From the NCBI GenBank assembly GCA_018266055.1, contig JAFDYT010000004.1, positions 112,893 through 176,892 on the forward strand: DNA of 64,000 nucleotides. Reading direction: 5' to 3'. This document shows, one piece after another, positions 9,059-17,111 of this stretch; position 1 is the stretch's first letter, and every line of letters starts with the position of its first letter. The notes beneath the pieces were generated by a model that saw only the letters and a program-made list of their open reading frames with translations, was not told where the DNA came from and did not search any database. Source of the DNA: Bacteroidota bacterium. Its GTDB lineage: Bacteria; Bacteroidota; Bacteroidia; Cytophagales; Cyclobacteriaceae. A program made the position numbers and the translations under genes.

Positions 9059-10334
9059 CGTTCGGTTGGGTTAGAAGTACTTTGTTTGTTAATGACCGGT
9101 AAGCATTTTCGGCCATTACAATTCCCGGATCAACGACATCGCCAATGGCCAAGGCAATTCCACCCAACGACATAATGTTGGACGTTACTCCAAAAAGCCG
9201 CATGAGTATGAAGCCAATGAGCACCGAGAGCAGAATAGAAGCAATGGCTACCAAGCCGCTTCTGAAATGGAATAGAAAGAGCACTACCGTAACCGATACA
9301 ATTAGGATCTCCTGCCACAATGCTTCTGAAAGAGTATCGATTGAGTCATTGATGAGTCCACTGCGGTCGTATGCAACATGAAACTCAACTCCTTCAGGAA
9401 GGCCCTTCTTAAATTCCTCTATTCTCACCTTCACGCGCTCGATCACATCTTTGGCATTCTCGCCATAGCGCATCACAACAATTCCGCCAACCGCTTCACC
9501 TTCCCCGTTTTCTTCGATGATACCCAATCTTAATTCACCACCCATCTGGATATGGGCAACGTCCTTCAACCGAATTGGTATAGAGCGATACGTTCCAACA
9601 GAAATGTTCTCAATATCTTCTGGTGTTTTGATGTACCCAAGCCCGCGGATCATGTAGCCCATGTCGTTCATCTCAAAGAGACTGCCTCCTACATCACGGT
9701 TATTATTGACAACCGCTTTCGCTACATCCATCAAGGGCACTCCATAATAAATGAGTTTATGCGGGTCAATGGCTACCTGGTATTGTTTTTGAAATCCTCC
9801 GTATGAGGCCACCTCGCTTACCCCTTTTACATTCTGGAGGGCAAACTTTACATACCAGTCCTGCAAGGCTCGCAATTCACCGAGGTTATAGCCATCTCCT
9901 TTTAATGTGTACCAGAATATGTGGCCGATGCCCGTGCCATCGGGGCCAAGGGTAGGGGTGATGCCGGGCGGAAGAAATTTCTGTGCATAGTTCAGTCGTT
10001 CTAATACCCGAGTACGCGACCAATAGATTTCCGCATCGTCCTCGAAAATGACGAAGATGAAACTCATGCCGAACATGGAGGCGGCACGTATGGTTTTTAT
10101 TTTGGGAATGCCCTGCAGGTTGGTAACCAGTGGATACGTGATCTGGTCTTCCATGATCTGCGGGTTGCGCCCCATCCATTCGGTGAACACAATCACCTGG
10201 TTTTCGGACAGATCGGGAATGGCGTCCACCGGGGTTTCTTTGATGGAATAAATTCCACCAATAACAATCATCACAATCCCGATTAAAACCATAAATCGAT
10301 TGTGAATTGCCCAACTGATTATTTTTTCTACCAT
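9045..10334 (-). CDS. cusA: CusA/CzcA-family heavy-metal RND pump, N-terminal fragment (TM1-TM4)
   Basis: 429 aa. MVEKIISWAIHNRFMVLIG start and the conserved TM4 motif GGIALAIGDVVDPGIVMAEN. It ends in a different frame 14 nt inside the next ORF. Confidence 0.85.
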   Translation of the reverse strand: MVEKIISWAIHNRFMVLIGIVMIVIGGIYSIKETPVDAIPDLSENQVIVFTEWMGRNPQIMEDQITYPLVTNLQGIPKIKTIRAASMFGMSFIFVIFEDDAEIYWSRTRVLERLNYAQKFLPPGITPTLGPDGTGIGHIFWYTLKGDGYNLGELRALQDWYVKFALQNVKGVSEVASYGGFQKQYQVAIDPHKLIYYGVPLMDVAKAVVNNNRDVGGSLFEMNDMGYMIRGLGYIKTPEDIENISVGTYRSIPIRLKDVAHIQMGGELRLGIIEENGEGEAVGGIVVMRYGENAKDVIERVKVRIEEFKKGLPEGVEFHVAYDRSGLINDSIDTLSEALWQEILIVSVTVVLFLFHFRSGLVAIASILLSVLIGFILMRLFGVTSNIMSLGGIALAIGDVVDPGIVMAENAYRSLTNKVLLTQPNDGNK

Positions 10335-10383
10335 AACTTAGTTGTAAAAATCGTGTTGTGTGCCCAAGCACTATTAAATAATT

Positions 10384-10413
10384 CTGTCTATTTGTTATAC
10401 TTTACTGTCTATT
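10384..10413 (-). promoter_or_regulatory. Direct repeat CTGTCTATT x2 at 21-bp spacing, between the AraC-HMA gene and cusA
   Basis: Copies at 10384-10392 and 10405-10413 are identical 9-mers. They sit 50-80 nt upstream of the cusA start at 10334. Confidence 0.45.
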
Positions 10414-10428
10414 GCCAAGTCGATGATG

Positions 10429-11211
10429 TTAATGTTGACAGATTAGATAACCTTTGCTTCCTTTCGTATCTTCGATCGTATAGATTGCATTTTGCCCAAG
10501 TGCGTTTGGGCTTTCATCAAATCGGTATACTTCTTTTATGCTCATGCCTTTGGCTTTTTTCATATTGCCGGCCCCAACAATTTTGTTATCATGAATGTCA
10601 AAAGCACGCACATACCCTTTGGCGTGTATTTCTGAGAGCACTTCCATCAGCGATTGGTTGCGATGCTCCGTTCGTTGAAGTTTTTTAAACTCGCGCACCG
10701 AAAAGCCCGTAACCTTTCTGAATTGTGAAGAAAGGTGCTGCACATTGGTGTAGTGTAGCCTGTCCGCAATTTCACTAAGTGTTGATTGACCTTCGCGCAA
10801 TAGTCTTTTTGCTCGTTCAACGCGCTGCCGGATAAGGTATGCCTCAATAGTAATTTTCTCTACTCGCTTAAATAGCTTACTGAGGTTATGGTAATTTCTC
10901 GATAGCCTTTTGCCGAGGTGTACCGAGAATTTCTCTACCCTGTCAAGTCGCTCCAGTTCATCTAGATATCTTTTTGCCTCAAGTTTAATCGCCTCGGTAG
11001 TTTGCTCATCCTTGGTGTGAATGATTTGAAGATTAAATTCATTCAATCTCTTTTCCAGCAAGGGTAGAATATGGTCATTGTCCGATAAAAAGGATACCTG
11101 CCCGAGTTCAATCTTGACGCGTACCACATTGAACTGATTTAAAATCTGCCGCACCACGTAAATGCAGCGATCGCAAAGCATGTTTTTAATATGCAACTTG
11201 AATATTTTCAT
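10429..11211 (-). CDS. AraC-family regulator with an N-terminal HMA-like CxxC domain and an extra C-terminal domain
   Basis: 260 aa. The N-terminus is MKIFKLHIKNMLCDRCIYVVRQIL. The AraC HTH region is LSEIADRLHYTNVQHLSSQFRKVTGFSVREFKK. A further ~75 aa of unknown function follow. Confidence 0.8.
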   Translation of the reverse strand: MKIFKLHIKNMLCDRCIYVVRQILNQFNVVRVKIELGQVSFLSDNDHILPLLEKRLNEFNLQIIHTKDEQTTEAIKLEAKRYLDELERLDRVEKFSVHLGKRLSRNYHNLSKLFKRVEKITIEAYLIRQRVERAKRLLREGQSTLSEIADRLHYTNVQHLSSQFRKVTGFSVREFKKLQRTEHRNQSLMEVLSEIHAKGYVRAFDIHDNKIVGAGNMKKAKGMSIKEVYRFDESPNALGQNAIYTIEDTKGSKGYLICQH

Positions 11212-11349
11212 AACGCAACCCCGATGGGTTTTAGGTACTAAAAAAAAATGAATGGAAATTTTTGTTATCCCCTCAGAACTTGAGAATAGGACACAAACAT
11301 GCAGTGCTTGCTAAGACTCGTAGCAAGTAGAGGCAAAGAGTTGAATGAC

Positions 11350-11877
11350 TTAAATAAGAAACGTACAGAGAAGAATACGGAGATATTGGCCAGTGTGCAA
11401 TAGTCCAGGTGGGCCATTTGCATGATTATTGTTTGGAGAAAATCTTGTAAGGTTATCAAGTAAGTTCTCATTCAAAACACATGGAAGCATGAATATCTTG
11501 ATGAGCCGCAATTCCAACGAGTGACCCAAACTATTTAATGTAGAAGGCGCATTGGCTAGGGTAGAATAGAACGCCCGAGTCAGATCATCACAGCAGCCTC
11601 CGTCTTTGTCGGTTGCGTTATGATCATGCTTGCCGGTACCGTGATCGTGCGATGGGTGGCTCTCGGCCTTATTCTGATGATGATGATTGGTATGTTTTTT
11701 ATCAGAATGACTATGGGCTGTGGATTTTGATATGCGTGAAGGCCGAACCGTTTGAAAAGAAATTAACCCCACATCGCAGAGAAAGTCACAACTCAAAACC
11801 GATACCATGGACAAAATGACAATCCCTGCCAAGGAACACCTAAACTTCCGTATGGTTTTGAGGCTTATCATTTCCAA
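11350..11877 (-). CDS. His/Cys-rich membrane-anchored putative metal-binding protein
   Basis: 175 aa. TM helix LAGIVILSMVSVLS, then CDFLCD, then HSHSDKKHTNHHHQNKAESHPSHDHGTGKHDH and GGCCDD. The start may be the MISLK methionine at 11871. Confidence 0.5.
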   Translation of the reverse strand: MEMISLKTIRKFRCSLAGIVILSMVSVLSCDFLCDVGLISFQTVRPSRISKSTAHSHSDKKHTNHHHQNKAESHPSHDHGTGKHDHNATDKDGGCCDDLTRAFYSTLANAPSTLNSLGHSLELRLIKIFMLPCVLNENLLDNLTRFSPNNNHANGPPGLLHTGQYLRILLCTFLI

Positions 11878-12101
11878 TTCTTAGAACAAAAGAACGATGC
11901 TAAACCAAAACAAATTATGACAGTCGTTTTATCAAAACATGATTAAAGTCATGAAATAAGGTTACGTTTGACTAAATGTACAAAAAAGTTGTTAGAGATT
12001 TCAATTCTGCGGATTACTAACAAGGTGCAGCGGTATCAGTCGTAACCATGAATACAATATCTCCAGCTAAACTTTTCAAAGGCTCTTCTTTTTTGACTCA
12101 T

Positions 12102-13133
12102 CTATTTAAACTCAATCTTCTTAAGTAGATTGGTGCCTTTAAAATAGTACGCTTCGTAGTAGTTTTCATCAAAAGTGTAAACAGTTTCAACAATGATTTT
12201 ATCGGCATTGCCCTGCCCTGCGATTACCATTTGCTGCTGTTGAAGGGTCAGTTCAGAAAAAGGGATTACTTGTTCAAATTCAAAGCCTTCATCATACGTA
12301 AATTCAAGCGCATAGTTGGCGTTTTGCCATTGCAGTTTTGACTCTACGCCTTTTGACAGAAAACCATACGTTATTGAACCCTTATTTGCATCCAACAAGC
12401 TATTGCCCGATTGGGCGAGCATAAACACACCCGAAACAACCATTGCCCAATATCCAATTTTTTTGAAAACGAACTCGCTTAGCTTGGGTAATATCCATCT
12501 CATTGAAACTGTTGATAGGATGGCCGATGTTGCAACCACCAAGCCGATTGTAATGACATTGGCGTTTATCAAGCCGAAGAGTGCGTAAAGAACAATCTTA
12601 ATCAAATGCAGGGTCACTTCATTTGCCGCCCGTGTAGCCACAATTTCTTCTTTGGTCAAGCCATGCCGCAAGTAAAAACTATTAAAAAGTAAACCTACAA
12701 CACCCGTAATCCCCGATAAGAACCCAGCAAAAAAGCCAATGAGAATAAATTGAAAATGTGATAACTTGTTGCCCTGTTGTTCAATTTTTCTTTTTCTTAA
12801 TGCAAAAGGAAGGTTGGCAACTAAAAAAACACCCATTGCAATCTCCAAGTAGATTGGATTGATAAACCGCAACAACCATGCACCCAGCCACACAGCGGGC
12901 AAAGCAGCGGGAACAAAGTATTTGACAATTGACCAATCGATGTTTTTATAGAATGCTACAAACCGTGATGATGAACTCGTAAAAGTACCAATGGATAAAG
13001 CCGATGGGACTTGATTGATGGGTAAAAGATTGCCTAGGATAGGCATCAGAATAAGCCCGGCACCGCCACCACAAATCGTACTTAATGAAAAGGCTATGTA
13101 GCTACAAACAAATATTAAAAATAGTGTGGACAT
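12102..13133 (-). CDS. TSUP (TauE/SafE) family anion exporter with a ~100-aa C-terminal soluble extension
   Basis: 343 aa. ICGGGAGLILMPILG motif and 7-8 TM helices. The hydrophilic tail runs ANKGSITYGFLSKG...KKIEFK. Confidence 0.75.
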   Translation of the reverse strand: MSTLFLIFVCSYIAFSLSTICGGGAGLILMPILGNLLPINQVPSALSIGTFTSSSSRFVAFYKNIDWSIVKYFVPAALPAVWLGAWLLRFINPIYLEIAMGVFLVANLPFALRKRKIEQQGNKLSHFQFILIGFFAGFLSGITGVVGLLFNSFYLRHGLTKEEIVATRAANEVTLHLIKIVLYALFGLINANVITIGLVVATSAILSTVSMRWILPKLSEFVFKKIGYWAMVVSGVFMLAQSGNSLLDANKGSITYGFLSKGVESKLQWQNANYALEFTYDEGFEFEQVIPFSELTLQQQQMVIAGQGNADKIIVETVYTFDENYYEAYYFKGTNLLKKIEFK

Positions 13134-13159
13134 ATTATTTGTCTAAATAAAATGAAATA

Positions 13160-13184
13160 GCGGAAGGAACTGAGTTCCTTCCGC
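13160..13184 (-). terminator. Rho-independent terminator after the PepSY-like gene
   Basis: Perfect 11-bp stem GCGGAAGGAAC/GTTCCTTCCGC with loop TGA. A T-rich tract follows on the minus strand. Confidence 0.6.
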
Positions 13185-13196
13185 TTGACTACATGA

Positions 13197-13616
13197 CTAT
13201 TTTACTTCTGTGCCGTTGGCTGAGTAAAAAACTTCATCCGTCTTGATTCCGTTTTTAAATTCAATCTCATATTTGACTGCGCCTTTTGAAGTGTCAATCT
13301 TGGCCACTGCTACGATGGTAGCCTTTTTGTGAGTTGAGTTAAAAACCTCCGTTACCCGCTCGGGCAAATCAGTAAACGATAAAGGGCTCTCGGTTTCGAG
13401 CCACTCACCTGTATCTGAGAAATTGGCCGAACACTTTTTGCCGTTCCAATCAAACCCCGCTTCGTATTCATGCTTACCCTCTTTGTCCCACTTAACGTTT
13501 AGGGCATCTGGAAACTTGGCATGAAACGCATCTGTAACTGACTGGGGTGCTTTTGACTGAGCAAAGCCTGTGATGGCCACCAAAGCAGCCGCCACAATTG
13601 AAAATATTTTTTTCAT
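13197..13616 (-). CDS. PepSY-like (DUF2874-type) periplasmic protein
   Basis: 139 aa. Signal peptide MKKIFSIVAAALVAITGFAQ. Repeated beta-hairpin pattern VKWDKEGKHEYEAGF / VKYEIEFKNG. Confidence 0.6.
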   Translation of the reverse strand: MKKIFSIVAAALVAITGFAQSKAPQSVTDAFHAKFPDALNVKWDKEGKHEYEAGFDWNGKKCSANFSDTGEWLETESPLSFTDLPERVTEVFNSTHKKATIVAVAKIDTSKGAVKYEIEFKNGIKTDEVFYSANGTEVK

Positions 13617-13658
13617 TGTGATTATAATTTTAAAATAGTTGAAAAAAAAAATTGACGC

Positions 13659-14132
13659 CTACATGGATGGAAGGCCGTAAGCTGAACTGATAAGTGACGG
13701 TGGTTTAAAAACTTCGGATAGATAGCCATCTCTAATAAAACTAACCCCACTTGCCGACTTTTTGATTTCGGTTATGTAGGGTTTGGCTATTGAAAATGTA
13801 AGGCAAGTGGAAAATGAGACAAATGAAACAGAGCGATGTTGAACTGGATGGCTTTTATGTGGCCTTTGGTCATCTCCGTTCTGATGTTTGTCAAATAGGC
13901 CGTCAATGTTTACAAGGTGGTCGGTGATGAAGTCAAACGCATTCATATCTGCATGCTCGGTAGATTGGCAACTTCGATACATCTGCGGAATTTCGGACAA
14001 GAACGAAAAATCCCCTAAAGGCAAAAGCAACGTGCCGAGTGAATAAAACCCGATAAGGAAATGACAAATTAACTTGTTCACAGGTTGATGAACGGCATTT
14101 TTGGGTTTAAGTTTCTCCACAGGACATTTCAT
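13659..14132 (-). CDS. Hypothetical membrane-anchored protein
   Basis: 157 aa. One TM helix followed by LLLPLGDFSFLSEIPQMYRSC and a His/Asp-rich stretch DKHQNGDDQRPHKSHPVQH. The start is uncertain. Confidence 0.4.
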   Translation of the reverse strand: MKCPVEKLKPKNAVHQPVNKLICHFLIGFYSLGTLLLPLGDFSFLSEIPQMYRSCQSTEHADMNAFDFITDHLVNIDGLFDKHQNGDDQRPHKSHPVQHRSVSFVSFSTCLTFSIAKPYITEIKKSASGVSFIRDGYLSEVFKPPSLISSAYGLPSM

Positions 14133-14242
14133 GGTTCTGTATCAGCTAATGATTTTGAATTATTTGGGCGATTTTTCGCAAACGGCTCTGCTCCTAAGTC
14201 TCACAACCCCCAAATTTCTCTTGATAGTAATTTCATATTACC

Positions 14243-15865
14243 TCAGTACCTGCTATTCTTACTATTCATTGCCCGCTTCCAAATTTGAGATCGGTAGAAC
14301 GGCCCAAGGTATCCACGTACTTTCAAAGTATCAGAATCAATCAACCACAAGGATGATGTATAAACATTCCCATTTCCCGGATCAAGTATTTTTCCACTCA
14401 CCCACTTATCACCTTCTTTTTTGAAGTCCCAGATAATTTTCATCCCGACCACTTTTGTATTCTTTAACTCGCCATCACATCCTGTGCATACGGGGTCAGT
14501 GCCTTCATGTGGCAACAAGAATATTTTGCGAATGAACCCTTTCAATTCTCCGTCTATATTCTTGATTTCAACTATGGATTTCACTTTGTTCCAATTGTCG
14601 TCAATCGTTTGCCAGATGCCCGCAGGGGTTTTCTCATCTATAACTCCTTCACGTTTCCAAGTCTGTGTTCTGTAAAACAAGTTGAGGGGCCCGGCATAGC
14701 CTCTGACTTGTAACGTGTTCGCATCATTCATCCAAATTTTGCTTGTGTAAATCTCCCCGCTCTCTGGATCGAGAATTTTTCCTAATCCCCATGAATTGTC
14801 ATTCTGCTTAAATCCCCAAAAGAAATTCATTCCAACAACCTTTTTATCTTTCCGTTCACCTGTGCATTTGGTACAAACGGGATCTTCTCCCTGAAAGGGT
14901 TCCAACAAGATTTGTGACACTTTCCCCTCGATAGAATTTCCCGATTTTACAATTTCAATTACGGATAATGGAGAGCCTGTTTGCTCATTGTAAGTAGTCC
15001 ATCTTCCCTCGACCGACTGGCCAAGCAAAGCTGTTGAACTCATTAAGATCAAAATAGCAGCAGCTATTGATTTCCTGCTCTTTACTTTTAGCTTGCATGC
15101 CTTTGGCCTTGATGTAACCTCATCAAAAGCTTCGTGATACTTCGCGTTCTCTGTTTTCATCAACTTATCCCACCAAGTAAAGTATAATCCGTAGTTACTG
15201 TGGAAGTGTTCGTGGTGCATATTGTGATGGGTGATGGCAGTGTTCCAATTCAGCAATTTATTTTTAGTGAACCCCTTGGGTAAAATTTCAAATCCCAGGT
15301 GACCGATCACATTTCGAACGATCATATAAGTAAGGAATAAAAAGATAGTTAGGGGATGCAACGGAAGAGCAAACACCATGATGGGAAGTACCACCGCTTG
15401 TACAAACGCTTCCCACGGATGGAAAGAGTAAGCTGCCCAGGGTGAAGGATTGGTTGACTCATGATGAACACGATGAACGTACTTAAATAGTTTTTTGTGG
15501 TGCATTAATCGGTGCGTCCAGTAGAAGTAGAGATCATGGAATACCAGTGTAACAATGAAACTGAAGATCATGTATGCCACACCATAGTCGTTGATGTTAT
15601 AATAGATTAATGTTATGCCGGCTTTCTCCGCAGAATAAATGCAGAAGCCAACCAGTGAAAAGATAATCACTGTACTCATGGAATAGGCAAACTCCTTCCA
15701 CAGTTGTTTGGATTTCGGAAAGTTCACCTGTATGAAAAGGTGTCCCCACCAATTCTTGCCAATCATCCAAAAAAGCACGAAGGCAATACTGGCCGGGATC
15801 AGGTAACGCAGCAAGTCAAACAGGTAAATGTTTGGCCATACATCAATAAAGTTTTTCGCTTCCAT
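14243..15865 (-). CDS. Fatty-acid hydroxylase/sterol-desaturase-family membrane domain fused to two DUF2147-like domains
   Basis: 540 aa. His boxes HRLMHH, HRVHHES and HHNMHHEHFH. An internal signal-peptide-like segment KSIAAAILILMSSTALLGQS is followed by two repeats (GRWTT...VRGY...TQTWKR and GIWQT...VRGY...SQIWKR). Confidence 0.75.
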   Translation of the reverse strand: MEAKNFIDVWPNIYLFDLLRYLIPASIAFVLFWMIGKNWWGHLFIQVNFPKSKQLWKEFAYSMSTVIIFSLVGFCIYSAEKAGITLIYYNINDYGVAYMIFSFIVTLVFHDLYFYWTHRLMHHKKLFKYVHRVHHESTNPSPWAAYSFHPWEAFVQAVVLPIMVFALPLHPLTIFLFLTYMIVRNVIGHLGFEILPKGFTKNKLLNWNTAITHHNMHHEHFHSNYGLYFTWWDKLMKTENAKYHEAFDEVTSRPKACKLKVKSRKSIAAAILILMSSTALLGQSVEGRWTTYNEQTGSPLSVIEIVKSGNSIEGKVSQILLEPFQGEDPVCTKCTGERKDKKVVGMNFFWGFKQNDNSWGLGKILDPESGEIYTSKIWMNDANTLQVRGYAGPLNLFYRTQTWKREGVIDEKTPAGIWQTIDDNWNKVKSIVEIKNIDGELKGFIRKIFLLPHEGTDPVCTGCDGELKNTKVVGMKIIWDFKKEGDKWVSGKILDPGNGNVYTSSLWLIDSDTLKVRGYLGPFYRSQIWKRAMNSKNSRY

Positions 15866-15962
15866 AGTTTAAAATTTATGGGGGCGAACTTATCACTGGC
15901 GTGATTGAAAGTCTCTTTGATTGTGAAAAATCCTTACTGATTTCAAAATCAGCATGAAAAAG

Positions 15963-16988
15963 TCAGTTTACCTGGCTTTTGCGGTAGGCCGTTGGAGTAG
16001 TTCCTTTCAAATCTTTGAACGCTTTGTTGAAAGGGCCAATGGATTGATAGCCCAAATCATACGCTATTTCCAGAATTGTTTTTCGTGTTTGAGCAGGGTC
16101 GGACAAGATTTCACAGGCTTCATTAACCCGGTATTGATTCAGGTAGTCATTAAAATTCCGAAACCCAAGTTGACCGTTAATTAATCGTCTCAGCCTGTAT
16201 TCTTGCTCGTTCATTAACTCGGCTAACGCCCCGATGGTAAGTCCTTCATTCTTATAAACCTTTTGTTCCTCCATCAGAGACTGAAGCTTTGCACTGAGTT
16301 GAGGGTCATCCACGGAAGGAGTTTTTGGTTTTGGAATCTCTTTAAAGAAAAACCCTGGGCGCATCCCAAAATTGCTTAACAGGAAATAAAGTGTGATGGC
16401 GAAAATGGCAAATCGTTGAAGTACTTGAAGAACGATGATTGTTTCTTGTTCGATAGGAATTGCCTCAACAATCAATGTTACACCGATAAGTGCTGCCGTT
16501 CCGACAAGAAAAATATTTCGGAACCTGATGCGCGAATCAACCAAATCGCCCTGCTTTGTCTTCAAAGCTGTGTAGAGTCCGGCCAATACAAATCCAAATG
16601 AAGTTAAACTTGCCACTATCCGGGAGACTTGACGAAAGCCCGACCATGGGATAAAGTCACTAACAAAGAAATTCATGTGTGGAATGAGAAGAACGAGAAT
16701 CCAAATCAGCAAAGACCAACGGAACCTAAAATGGTCATCAAAAATTGAACGAGCTAAAAGCCAGAATAAAACAGGAATGCTAATGGCACCAATGGGTACG
16801 ATGATCCGGAGAATTAATACGGATTGTACCAGATCCGACTCAACTATGATGTAACAGAAAATGCTGATTGTAAGTCCAATGCCTGTCCACGTATTCAGAC
16901 CACTTCGTGAATGCCGTGCAAGCAAAATGCACACCAGCCCCAGCAAGGTGGCCGTAGCAATCTGAACAATGAAATGAATCTCTTGCAT
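15963..16988 (-). CDS. Membrane-embedded AraC-family transcriptional regulator
   Basis: 341 aa. About 6-7 N-terminal TM helices and a C-terminal AraC HTH (ILEIAYDLGYQSIGPFNKAFKDLKGTTPTAYRK). Confidence 0.75.
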   Translation of the reverse strand: MQEIHFIVQIATATLLGLVCILLARHSRSGLNTWTGIGLTISIFCYIIVESDLVQSVLILRIIVPIGAISIPVLFWLLARSIFDDHFRFRWSLLIWILVLLIPHMNFFVSDFIPWSGFRQVSRIVASLTSFGFVLAGLYTALKTKQGDLVDSRIRFRNIFLVGTAALIGVTLIVEAIPIEQETIIVLQVLQRFAIFAITLYFLLSNFGMRPGFFFKEIPKPKTPSVDDPQLSAKLQSLMEEQKVYKNEGLTIGALAELMNEQEYRLRRLINGQLGFRNFNDYLNQYRVNEACEILSDPAQTRKTILEIAYDLGYQSIGPFNKAFKDLKGTTPTAYRKSQVN

Positions 16989-17038
16989 TTTAAAATACCG
17001 AATAATGTCTAAAAATAGCGTTTTTAAACGGTTTTAAA

Positions 17039-17062
17039 CTATTCAATAAATTTATTGAATAG
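17039..17062. promoter_or_regulatory. Perfect 24-bp palindrome, candidate ArsR/SmtB-type operator
   Basis: CTATTCAATAAATTTATTGAATAG. It lies 50 nt upstream of the likely ArsR start at 17112. Confidence 0.6.
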
Positions 17063-17111
17063 ATGGAACCAACTGTTTTTCTTTGTGGTTGAAGGACTAT
17101 TAAGACAGACT

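Noticed and set aside
11265-11471. 68-aa ORF overlapping the 3' end of the His-rich protein gene
   Set aside because: It is an out-of-frame overlap with no features.
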